From a bacterium (GTDB lineage: Bacteria; Oederibacteriota; CAKKQC01): 64,000 nt of DNA. The stretch lies in the NCBI GenBank assembly GCA_919901855.1, contig CAKKQC010000041.1:5088-69087 (forward strand). The letters run 5' to 3'. The notes under the pieces were generated by a model, which searched no databases, was not told the origin of the DNA, and saw only the letters and a program-made list of their open reading frames with translations. The number at the start of each line of letters is the position of its first letter. Position 1 is the first letter of the stretch. Below are positions 34,516 through 42,818 of this stretch, piece by piece. The translations under genes and the position numbers were made by a program.

Positions 34516-37165
34516 GATAGACCGCCTTCGCGTCGAGCCGGAACGTCGCGGGAGCGCCGTCCAGCCCGCCCTGCACGGGCACCCCCTCGCGCCGGTAGCC
34601 GTGCTCGTCGAGCGCGGTGACGACGGGCACCCCGCCCCCCGTCAGCCGGAGCGTGACCGTCGCCCGGATCAGCTCGACGCCCATCGGATACCTCCCCACG
34701 TCGTCGATCCGGCCGTCGAGCCCGCCCGAGGCCTTGAACCCGAGCGGCCGCTCGACCGTCATCGCCTGCACGAGGATCCGCCGGGACTCCGCCAGCGGCC
34801 GGCCGTCCAGCGAGATCGCGCACACCGTCGCGTACTCGTGCTCGCACTCGATCGAGAGCGTCGAGAGATCGATGCGCGCGGACTGCGACAGGAACCCCGC
34901 GGCGCCCTGGATCCGGGGCGTGTCGAGCCGCACGATCCCCTTCCCCCAGTCCCAGGCCAGCTCGCCGGTCGCGCTCCGGACCATCCGGTTCGGCCGGTCC
35001 AGGAAGGGCCCCAGGTCCATCGCCGTCTCCGTCCGCGTGAGCCCGAACCCGCGCGTCACCCGGCCCACGTAGCAGGCCAGCGGATCGATCGTGGAGGGAG
35101 TCCCGGATGTTTTCGAAGGAACATCCTTCACGCGGGTCGGATCCTGAAGGACGGGCGCGAAACCGCCGTTGCCCGCGAGCGCGAAGAGGTCGTCCACCAC
35201 GACGGTCTGCGCCAGGACGGACGGCCCGGTCCGGATATCCCCCCGCCGGTACGCGAGCGCGTAGGCGGGGAAGTTGGCCATGATCACGGGGACCGTGAGC
35301 CCGAACTTGCCCATGGCGCCGTCCCACCCGGGACTCCCCGCCGCGAACGCGTCGAGCCCCGCGAGGCCCTGGAGGGACCCGTACGCGGAAGCCAGGAAGG
35401 CGAAGTCCGCGCGCCACCGGTTCGGGTTCGTCCACCCGATCTCGGATATCGTGTTCGGGAACCCGGCGGTCTGAACGAACGCCAGCGGCAGGTCGTCCGG
35501 CGATCTCACCGCCGCCTTGTTCGCGAACGTATGCCCGGCCTCGACGGAATAGCTCGCCCCCTCGCCCTCGTGGGACGCTTCGAAGTAGCCGTGGCGGTCG
35601 ATGAGGTCGCCGGGCGCGTACGTCCAGCGCTCGAGCGCGTCGAGCTGGGCGGGGTCCGAAACCGTCCAGTTCGAGGCCTCGATCAGGCACCTGACGCCCA
35701 GCTTGCCGCGCAGGCGCGCGATCGTGGACGCGTAGAACGCCCGCTGGGTCTCGGCCAGGAACCGCACCTGGTCGCTCACCCGCTTGCGCTTGCCCGGCCC
35801 GGCGGCCTTGATCCCGTCGGCGGTCATGTGCCAGGCGTCGTAGAGGTCGAGCCGTCCCTCGGCCAGGCTGTCGTCCGGCTCCCGCGCCTCGAGCCAGTTC
35901 GCCGTTCCCAGGGCCAGCGTCCGGTAGCGGGCCTCGACCCAGACCGCGAACGCCTTCTGCAGTTTCGTCCACTGGACCGGGGGGATGTTCGCGCGGCCGA
36001 AGGTCCAGAAGAAGAAGCTGTCCTCGTTAACGAGCTCGAGAATCGCGACGGCGGGCTCCTTCGCCAGCGGCAACCCCGTGTACGGGTTCCTCGGCTTGAG
36101 CATCCCGTCGATCCAGCCCCGGTGCAGGGCCTGCATCGCGGGATCGAAATAGATCAGCGCGAACGGCCTCTTGTTCTCCGTCGTTTCGTACCCAGGCAGT
36201 CCCAGCGCGGGCGTCGCCGTGAGCCAGAGCGGGAACCAGGTCGAGAGCGAGAGGTAGATGCCCTCCCGTTTGCATGCGGCCACGAGGTAGTGGAGGTCGT
36301 CCAGTTTCCGCGGATCGACGGCCGCAGGATCGTCGTCGCGCCACAGCGCCCCCTGGAACCGGACCATGTTGACGCCCGTCTTCGCCAGCCGCCGGGCGAG
36401 GTAGTCCACGAGGGGGTGCGGGAGGCCCGCGAGCTCGCCCCCGACGTTCACGCCCCAGAACCGCACGGGCTTTCCGTCGCCGAGCCGGAACCGCTCACCC
36501 TCCCGGCGCACGAAGCCCTTCGCGCCGGCCGTCGCCTCGTTCAGTCCCCGCAGGTCAAGGACCGCGTCCTTTCCGAACCGGTCCGCGTCCGGTTCCCACG
36601 GAAAGAACCCCGCGTCCGCCTCGCCGGACTTCTCCCCCAGCCGGAGCCTGCCCCGGGGAAAGAACGGCCCGGACACGAGCGCGAAGCAGTCGAACGCCGC
36701 CGTGAGCGGCTCCCCCGGCCCGGCGAGCAGCCGGAGCTCGAAGACGTGGTCACCGGCCCCGAGCTCGACCGGCCCCAGGGACACCCAGTTGGCGCACAGG
36801 AACCGCCGGATCGGCGTCGTGTCCGCGAGGGCGACGTCCTGGGAGCACGTCCGCCACGGCCCGGTGTCGATCCGCCACCGGAAGGGCCCGTGCTTCCAGA
36901 ACTTGCGGCACCATAACTCCAGGCGGCCGCCTTCCGCGATCCGGACCGGGTACCGGGCGAACGCCTCGCCTCCCGTCCTGGGCCCCTCGTTCGTCAGCCA
37001 GTCGCCGCCCGACAGCAGGGACCGGTGGTCCGGGAACGTGGACGACGAGAAAGAGGTCTGCGCCGGGAAGTTGGTCTCGGAGGGCGCCTCGCCCTCCCAC
37101 CACACCACCTCGGCCGCCGGCGCGCCGGGGCAGGCCAGAAGGAGCGCGGCCAGCAGGGGGATCAC
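34499..37165 (-). CDS. secreted clan GH-A (GH5-like) glycoside hydrolase with N-terminal CBM-like domain
   Basis: The GTG at 37165 lies 1 nt after the upstream stop. Signal peptide IPLLAALLLACPGAPAA. GVNMVRF and ILELVNEDSFFFW are TIM-barrel motifs. It overlaps the next gene by 17 nt. Confidence 0.7.
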   Translation of the reverse strand: MIPLLAALLLACPGAPAAEVVWWEGEAPSETNFPAQTSFSSSTFPDHRSLLSGGDWLTNEGPRTGGEAFARYPVRIAEGGRLELWCRKFWKHGPFRWRIDTGPWRTCSQDVALADTTPIRRFLCANWVSLGPVELGAGDHVFELRLLAGPGEPLTAAFDCFALVSGPFFPRGRLRLGEKSGEADAGFFPWEPDADRFGKDAVLDLRGLNEATAGAKGFVRREGERFRLGDGKPVRFWGVNVGGELAGLPHPLVDYLARRLAKTGVNMVRFQGALWRDDDPAAVDPRKLDDLHYLVAACKREGIYLSLSTWFPLWLTATPALGLPGYETTENKRPFALIYFDPAMQALHRGWIDGMLKPRNPYTGLPLAKEPAVAILELVNEDSFFFWTFGRANIPPVQWTKLQKAFAVWVEARYRTLALGTANWLEAREPDDSLAEGRLDLYDAWHMTADGIKAAGPGKRKRVSDQVRFLAETQRAFYASTIARLRGKLGVRCLIEASNWTVSDPAQLDALERWTYAPGDLIDRHGYFEASHEGEGASYSVEAGHTFANKAAVRSPDDLPLAFVQTAGFPNTISEIGWTNPNRWRADFAFLASAYGSLQGLAGLDAFAAGSPGWDGAMGKFGLTVPVIMANFPAYALAYRRGDIRTGPSVLAQTVVVDDLFALAGNGGFAPVLQDPTRVKDVPSKTSGTPSTIDPLACYVGRVTRGFGLTRTETAMDLGPFLDRPNRMVRSATGELAWDWGKGIVRLDTPRIQGAAGFLSQSARIDLSTLSIECEHEYATVCAISLDGRPLAESRRILVQAMTVERPLGFKASGGLDGRIDDVGRYPMGVELIRATVTLRLTGGGVPVVTALDEHGYRREGVPVQGGLDGAPATFRLDAKAVYHVLER

Positions 37166-37166
37166 G

Positions 37167-38369
37167 TCAGAGCCGGACCGTGAACCGCAGTCGGGTGGCC
37201 AGCGCGGCCAGGCTGACGACCGCGATGGACAGCCCGGCCGCCCAGGCGGCACCCACCGCTCCGCCCCGCCCCCAGAACGGGTTGTCGCCCACGTGCACGA
37301 GATCGCAGAGCGAGCCCACGAGGTCCGGGAGGATGTAGGCGAGCAGGGCGTTGCGACCGGCCAGGATCAGCCACTTCGGCAGGAACCCGGCCTTCGCCTC
37401 CGGCTTCCCGCGATCCAGGACGAGGTGAAAGAACAACAGGAGCAGTGCCGTGATCCCGGCCGTAACCAGCGACCACGACTCGGTTCCGTCATCCTTGTGG
37501 TAGCCGTGGAGCGGACGCAGGAACCACCCCGCCGCCCAGAGGCCGAGCCCGAACCAGAGCAGGAACCACCCCGCGCCGCGACGGCTCGACCGGAGCCGGC
37601 TTCCGGCCACCATGCCCGCGATCACGATGCCGGAGTTGGATCCGAGGAAGTTGCCCACCGACCACCAGCGGTCGACGTACCCGAGGAGCCCCAGCCGGTC
37701 GTGGCGGGATCCGATGTAGACGCACATGAAGAGGCCGAGGAGGCCCATGAGCGCGGTCTCATCCCCGCGCACGAGAAGGTACACGATGGCGCACGCGAGG
37801 TACGACCACCCGATGAGGCCCAGTATCCCCCACCACTGCGGCTCGAGGAACAGGGAGTCCGCGCCCGGCTTCGCCCGCCATATCACGAGCATCCACGCCA
37901 GCGCGACGGCGGATACGCCCTGCAAGATCGCGTGCGCGCGGCGCCACGCCGGCGCCTCCGGCCTGGACGACCAGAGCAGGATCGCGGCGCCGAGCGCGAT
38001 CAGGGACCAGACGTGGTAGGGCATCCCCGTCAGCTCCGCCGAGTACCTCTCCTCGTTCACGAAGATGATGCCGAGGAGCACGAGCCCGAACGTGCGGGGC
38101 AGGATCCGGGCCAGCGCGCCGCCCCACCCGGCGCCCGCCTCGACGCGGGGGCCGAGCGAGAACGGGATCGCGGTGCCGACCATGAAGAGGAAGGCCGGAA
38201 AGACGATGTCCACGAAGGTGTAGAGGTCCTGCGCGGGCTTCGCATGCTCGGCCCACCAGGGAATCCCCGGCATGCCGCCGATATAGTTCACGAAGATCAT
38301 CGTCAGGATGACAGAGCCCCGGAGGGCGTCCAGCGAAAGGAGGCGGCGTGATGGCACCGGCGTTGCCAC
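37167..38369 (-). CDS. HGSNAT-like (DUF1624/DUF5009-type) transmembrane acetyltransferase
   Basis: RLLSLDALRGSVILTMIFVNY is the family N-terminal signature. About 10-11 TM helices. GTG start lies 6 nt after TAGCAT. Confidence 0.85.
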   Translation of the reverse strand: MATPVPSRRLLSLDALRGSVILTMIFVNYIGGMPGIPWWAEHAKPAQDLYTFVDIVFPAFLFMVGTAIPFSLGPRVEAGAGWGGALARILPRTFGLVLLGIIFVNEERYSAELTGMPYHVWSLIALGAAILLWSSRPEAPAWRRAHAILQGVSAVALAWMLVIWRAKPGADSLFLEPQWWGILGLIGWSYLACAIVYLLVRGDETALMGLLGLFMCVYIGSRHDRLGLLGYVDRWWSVGNFLGSNSGIVIAGMVAGSRLRSSRRGAGWFLLWFGLGLWAAGWFLRPLHGYHKDDGTESWSLVTAGITALLLLFFHLVLDRGKPEAKAGFLPKWLILAGRNALLAYILPDLVGSLCDLVHVGDNPFWGRGGAVGAAWAAGLSIAVVSLAALATRLRFTVRL

Positions 38370-38375
38370 GTCCCG

Positions 38376-38381
38376 ATGCTA
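38376..38381 (-). promoter_or_regulatory. -10-like TAGCAT, 6 nt upstream of GTG 38369
   Basis: Member of the recurrent TAnnnT-(6-9 nt)-start pattern. Confidence 0.35.
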
Positions 38382-38418
38382 GCATGCCGCGCTCCGGACT
38401 CGCTTGAGGATATGAGGA

Positions 38419-38424
38419 TATACT
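38419..38424 (+). promoter_or_regulatory. -10-like TATACT, 8 nt upstream of ATG 38433
   Basis: Member of the recurrent TAnnnT-(6-9 nt)-start pattern. Confidence 0.4.
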
Positions 38425-38432
38425 GGGAAGGA

Positions 38433-39359
38433 ATGATCACCGCGATCCTGCTCCTGTCGAGCCTGCAGGCGATGGCGGCCGATGCGCCGGCCGCGGCCGC
38501 CGCCCCGACGGTGACGGCCCCGATCCGGCTCATCGTCATCGACGAGAAGACGACGCGGACCTGGGGGCCGCTGCCCTGGCCCAGGGACCGGCACGCGCAG
38601 CTCGTGTCCCTGCTCGACCGGGCGGGAGTCCGGGCCATCGCGCTGCGGTTCTACTACCGGGACGCCCGCGGGGACGCCGGGGACAACGCGCTCGTGGCGG
38701 CCGCGAAGAAGTGCGGGCGGGTCTTCACAGAGATCGGGAAGGCCCCGGGCGTGGAGGGGTGGAACCCGACCGACACGTGGCTCGACGCGGCCGCGCTCAA
38801 GACGACGGGCAAGGCGCCCGCCAAGCTTTTCGCCTCGGATGGCCTCCAGGTGCCCTTCGAGGACCTCGCCCGGGCGATCCGCGGGGTCGGCTCCATAGAC
38901 GTCATGGTCAACCGTCAGAAGAAGCTCCAGGGCCTCCCGCTCGTGATCACGTGCCGCGGCCGGCTGTTCCCGAGCCTCGCGCTCCGGCTCTTCCTGTACC
39001 TCTCCGACCTCGAGGGCCAGGCGCTCGCGTTCGAGCAGGGGCGGATCACGCGCTACGGCTTCCTCCCGGGCACCGAAGCCCGGGCCCTGCTGCTGGGCCG
39101 GACGCACGCGTCCCTCGACGCCTACGGCTGCGCGCTCGTCAACCTGACGGCCCCGGGTCGCGGCTATCCGGTCGATTCGTTCGTGGACGTCCTCACTGGC
39201 AAGATCAGGCCGTCGGTCTACCAGGGCGCGGTCGTGATCGTCGGAGCCCAGACGCCCGAGCTCGACGTCGAGACTTCGACCGGCCCCAAGAGCGGGCTCG
39301 AGCTGGTCGCGGACCAGCTCACCGCGCTCTTCCGGTTCGCCGAGGACCCCGGCAAGTGA
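38433..39359 (+). CDS. secreted CHASE2-domain-only protein
   Basis: Signal peptide MITAILLLSSLQAMA. IVIDEKTTRTWGPLPWPRDRHAQLVSLLDRAGVRAIAL is the CHASE2 core. No C-terminal TM helices or output domain. Alternative starts at 38376 and 38412. Confidence 0.75.
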   Translation: MITAILLLSSLQAMAADAPAAAAAPTVTAPIRLIVIDEKTTRTWGPLPWPRDRHAQLVSLLDRAGVRAIALRFYYRDARGDAGDNALVAAAKKCGRVFTEIGKAPGVEGWNPTDTWLDAAALKTTGKAPAKLFASDGLQVPFEDLARAIRGVGSIDVMVNRQKKLQGLPLVITCRGRLFPSLALRLFLYLSDLEGQALAFEQGRITRYGFLPGTEARALLLGRTHASLDAYGCALVNLTAPGRGYPVDSFVDVLTGKIRPSVYQGAVVIVGAQTPELDVETSTGPKSGLELVADQLTALFRFAEDPGK

Positions 39360-39706
39360 GACTCTTTGCGGCCGCCCTGCTGACGGGCTCCGTCCTCGCC
39401 GGCACCCTCCTGGGTGGGTGCGCCACGATCGGCAGGGACTTCGACTCCACGTCGCTCGCGTGGGTGAAGCCGGGCGAGACCGCCAAGCCCGAGATCCTCG
39501 AGAAGCTGGGCAACCCGTTCCGCGTCGGCGTGGACAGCGGCGATCCGACGTGGACCTACGGCTACTACAAGTACCGGCTGCTCGGCACCAGCGCGGCCAA
39601 GGACCTCGTGATCCGGTTCGGCCCCGACGGCAAGGTCAAGACCTTCACGCTGAACACGAGTTTTCCAGAGGAACAGGGGATCCTGGACCCTGCACTGAAA
39701 CGGTAG
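39356..39706 (+). CDS. BamE/SmpA-OmlA-like lipoprotein
   Basis: The GTG at 39356 overlaps the upstream stop (GTGA). Lipobox LLGGC. VKPGETAKPEILEKLGNP is the SmpA/OmlA pattern. Confidence 0.75.
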   Translation: MRLFAAALLTGSVLAGTLLGGCATIGRDFDSTSLAWVKPGETAKPEILEKLGNPFRVGVDSGDPTWTYGYYKYRLLGTSAAKDLVIRFGPDGKVKTFTLNTSFPEEQGILDPALKR

Positions 39707-39728
39707 TTGGCGTCCAGGACCCTCGCGT

Positions 39729-39746
39729 CGGTGGCGGACGCCACCG
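39729..39746. terminator. 7-bp stem / 4-nt loop hairpin between convergent genes (no U-tract)
   Basis: CGGTGGC-GGAC-GCCACCG, located 23 nt after the BamE-like stop and 53 nt from the convergent redoxin stop. Confidence 0.25.
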
Positions 39747-39798
39747 TCACGCGGCGCTGGACCCGGCCCTGAACAAGTAGAGGCCGGCGAGACCTTGG

Positions 39799-40416
39799 CT
39801 ACTTCCGCTTCGTGTACTTGACCGAACAGCCGTAGGGCTGCGTCTCCGGCACGCTCACGGTCTTCCCGGCCAGCATTTCGTCCAGCGCCTGACGCACGTA
39901 GTTCACGCCCCCCGAGCCGCCCTTTGACGTCCGAAGACGGACGTCTTGCCCGCCGGCGGGATCGTCGTCGATCGCCCCCGCGTACGCGAGCCGCCCCTTG
40001 GGGTCGATGACGAACAGGTGCGGGGTCGTCTTCGCGCCGTAGACGCGCCCGACCCGGCCCAGCCGGTCGTTCAGCACCGGGTACGGTAGGGAGAACGCCT
40101 CCCGCGCCCAGGCATCCCGCTCCAGCGGCAGGTGCGCGGTCGAGTCGACCCCGAGCCACGCGACGCCCTGGGGAGCGTACGCCGCCGCGAGCGTGCGCAT
40201 CGTGCCCGCTATCGCATGCCGCGTCCAGAACGGGCAGTCCGGGTTCATCCACTCGAGCACGACGATTCGGCCCCGGAGCGACGCGAGGGTGACCGTCTTC
40301 CCGTCCTGATCCTTGAGCGTGAACGCGGGCGCGGGCCGTCCGATCTTCGCCACCGGAACCGCCGCCGGGACCGGCGCCGCCGCCAGCACGGCCAGGAAAC
40401 CCGCGAGCGCGATCAC
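39799..40416 (-). CDS. secreted thioredoxin-fold redoxin family protein
   Basis: APAFTLKDQDGKTVTLASLRGRIVVLEWMNPDCPFW is present. The GTG start overlaps the upstream stop (GTGA). Confidence 0.85.
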   Translation of the reverse strand: MIALAGFLAVLAAAPVPAAVPVAKIGRPAPAFTLKDQDGKTVTLASLRGRIVVLEWMNPDCPFWTRHAIAGTMRTLAAAYAPQGVAWLGVDSTAHLPLERDAWAREAFSLPYPVLNDRLGRVGRVYGAKTTPHLFVIDPKGRLAYAGAIDDDPAGGQDVRLRTSKGGSGGVNYVRQALDEMLAGKTVSVPETQPYGCSVKYTKRK

Positions 40417-40781
40417 GCGTAGCCCAGCTCGTCCATCTGGCGCTCGTCGAGTCCGAAGTAGTGGCCGAGCTCGTGCAGGATCGTGGTCCGGATCTCGGCG
40501 GCGAGTTCCGCGGGGTCCGGGAAGGCCCGTTCGAGCGGACGCTGGTAGATGACGATCCGGTCCGGCACCCGGGGCAGGTCGGCCAGCGACTGCTCCGTCA
40601 CCGCCTCCCCCTGGAAGAGCCCGAACAGGTCGTCGTCCCGGCCCACCCCCGCCTCGCGCAGTTCGGCCTTCGACGGCTCGTCCCGGACGATGACGGCCAG
40701 GTCGCCGAGCCTGGAGCGGAAATCCTCCGGCAGGCCCTCGACCGTCTTCCGGACCAGGGCCTCGAACGCCTCCCGGGTCAC
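40413..40781 (-). CDS. Zincin_1 (DUF1025) metallopeptidase family protein
   Basis: HELGHYFGLDERQMDELG contains the HExxH motif. The GTG at 40781 overlaps the upstream stop (GTGA). Confidence 0.85.
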   Translation of the reverse strand: MTREAFEALVRKTVEGLPEDFRSRLGDLAVIVRDEPSKAELREAGVGRDDDLFGLFQGEAVTEQSLADLPRVPDRIVIYQRPLERAFPDPAELAAEIRTTILHELGHYFGLDERQMDELGYA

Positions 40782-42079
40782 GGGGCCTTCGGTTTGCCGG
40801 GACACGGCGGGGCGTCGAGCAGCCTCACGCTCCACGCCGTCTTCCCCACCTCGGGAGTCTGTTCGAACCCGGCGACCGCGACCCGGCCGTCCTTGAGGAA
40901 CGCGAGCCCGTACGGCCCGCCCGGCCTGGTTCCCAGCGCCTGGTCGTGCAGTTCCCGGAGCACGGTGCCCGCGGCGTCGTACGTCCGGATCATCCAGCGC
41001 CCCGCGTCCCACGGGCTCTTCTGCGCCGTGTCGCCGTCCTCGTACCCGGCCACGACCACGCGGCCGCACCGGTCGAAACCGGCCGCGTAGGCCTTGTCGT
41101 CGAATGCGAGCGGCCCGTTGTGGAACTTCTCCCACCGTACGTCCCCGCCGGAGTCGAGCACGCGCACGCCCCAATCCACCCTCCGGTCGGCGCCCCCGAA
41201 GACCTTGCCCGCGACCGCGATCCGGCCGGCCCCGTCCAGCGCGACCGCGTAGGCCTCGTCCATCCACCCTCCCGCGCTCGCGTACGTGCGGGCCCAACGC
41301 AGGTTCCCGTCACGCTCCCAGACCCGGACGGCCCAGGAGCCCCGGCCCGCCCCCTCACTGACGCCCCCGGCGACATAGGCCGCGCCGTCGCGCCCGATCG
41401 CGACCGCGCGCGCCATGTTCTGCCCCGGTCCCGGCGCGAAGGTCCGCGTCCACTCCAGCTTCCCTCCTGCCGCGTACCGGCGCACCAGCCACCGGGTGTC
41501 CACGGCAGAGGGCTGGGACTCCCAGCCGGCCACGACCACGGAGCCGTCGGCGTCGGTAGCCACGGCCTCGGCCCGGATCGGGGCCGTGCTCGCGAGTGCG
41601 TCGTGCCACAGCCGGGTGCCGTCGGGGCCGTAGCAGGCCACGAGCCAGTGCGCGGGCACGGGACTCCCGCGCGCGAACTCGGAGAATCCCGCGGCCACCA
41701 CCCGGCCCTTCGGATCGACGGCCACGCCCTTGGCGACCTGGTAGAACGCGTTGACCCAGATGAAGGTCCGGGACCAGGCCACCGCGCCCGCGGTGTCCTG
41801 CACGCGGACGACCCAGCCCGACCCGAGGTTCGGCCGATCCCGGGGCTCGCACCCGGCGACCGCGAGGCGGCCGTCCGGGAGCGCGGCGACGCCGTAAGCG
41901 ACGTTCGAGAGGCTGGCCGGATGATCGGGCCGGATCGAGGGCATGATGCAGAAGCACCACTCGTTCTTGAAGACCTGGACGCCGCCCGCCGCGGTGATGA
42001 CCTCGGCTCCGGCGGGACGTTGCGACGTAATCACGCCCAGAACCAGCAGGGCGATCGACACCGGGACGCGCGACGTCAT
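40778..42079 (-). CDS. secreted beta-propeller-repeat protein
   Basis: Signal peptide MTSRVPVSIALLVLGVITS. Repeated units LVRRYAAGGKLEWTRTF / VRVWERDGNLRWARTY. Paralog of 27902..29086. Confidence 0.75.
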   Translation of the reverse strand: MTSRVPVSIALLVLGVITSQRPAGAEVITAAGGVQVFKNEWCFCIMPSIRPDHPASLSNVAYGVAALPDGRLAVAGCEPRDRPNLGSGWVVRVQDTAGAVAWSRTFIWVNAFYQVAKGVAVDPKGRVVAAGFSEFARGSPVPAHWLVACYGPDGTRLWHDALASTAPIRAEAVATDADGSVVVAGWESQPSAVDTRWLVRRYAAGGKLEWTRTFAPGPGQNMARAVAIGRDGAAYVAGGVSEGAGRGSWAVRVWERDGNLRWARTYASAGGWMDEAYAVALDGAGRIAVAGKVFGGADRRVDWGVRVLDSGGDVRWEKFHNGPLAFDDKAYAAGFDRCGRVVVAGYEDGDTAQKSPWDAGRWMIRTYDAAGTVLRELHDQALGTRPGGPYGLAFLKDGRVAVAGFEQTPEVGKTAWSVRLLDAPPCPGKPKAP

Positions 42080-42086
42080 GCTTCCG

Positions 42087-42092
42087 ATGATA
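42087..42092 (-). promoter_or_regulatory. -10-like TATCAT, 7 nt upstream of ATG 42079
   Basis: Member of the recurrent pattern. It sits directly after the stop of the CE4 gene. Confidence 0.35.
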
Positions 42093-42104
42093 CTCCCCGG
42101 CCCG

Positions 42105-42818
42105 TCAGAAGGGGTTCGAGGCCGCCTCGGCAGCGGCGAGCGCGGCCGAGGCGGTCACGATGGCGACACCCGGGACCTTGAGCAGCCGGTCGTAGAGGCG
42201 GCGGACGTAGTCCGCCGAGACGGGCCCCCAGCCCTCCTCGTCGAGCCCGTGGGTGTTGTAGATGAGCCAGCCCGGCGGCGCGGACAGCCACTGCGCGATG
42301 CACCCGTCGAGATGCGCCTCGCAGTTCCCGGGGCCGTGCGCCGTGCACGTCAGACGCCGCAGGTCGCGGGCCGGCAGCGGGTTGAACCCGCTCCCGCCGG
42401 TCCGGAGCGCGCGGACGCGCGAGAGCAGGTACTTCTCGACCTCGGGCGTCGAGGCGTTGTACGGCATCGCGTAGACCGACCGTTCGGGGCGGAATCCCTT
42501 CATGGACCGCCCGAATGCGTCAAGGCATAGATCGATCTCGCGCTTCACTTCGTCCCACGGCGCCCGCGCGTGGTTGAGGTGCGTGTGGCTGTGCGGGTTG
42601 ATCTCGTGGCCCCGCGCGGCGAGCTCGTTCCAGAGGTCCCAGCCCGCCGTCGGGGCGTTGTGCCACTCGTCCGCGGGCACGTGGCCGGGCTCGGAAGCCC
42701 GGCTGATGATGTTCAGGGCGGCCTTCACGCCGAACTCGTCGTGGATCGCGGCGATCGTCCGGAACGATTTCTCGAACCCGTCGTCCCAGCTCAGCGTCAG
42801 GAGCCTGGTCGCGGTCAC
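42105..42818 (-). CDS. polysaccharide deacetylase (CE4/NodB-homology) family protein
   Basis: LTLSWDDGF carries the DD motif and NPHSHTH the His motif. The GTG at 42818 overlaps the upstream stop (GTGA). Confidence 0.85.
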   Translation of the reverse strand: MTATRLLTLSWDDGFEKSFRTIAAIHDEFGVKAALNIISRASEPGHVPADEWHNAPTAGWDLWNELAARGHEINPHSHTHLNHARAPWDEVKREIDLCLDAFGRSMKGFRPERSVYAMPYNASTPEVEKYLLSRVRALRTGGSGFNPLPARDLRRLTCTAHGPGNCEAHLDGCIAQWLSAPPGWLIYNTHGLDEEGWGPVSADYVRRLYDRLLKVPGVAIVTASAALAAAEAASNPF

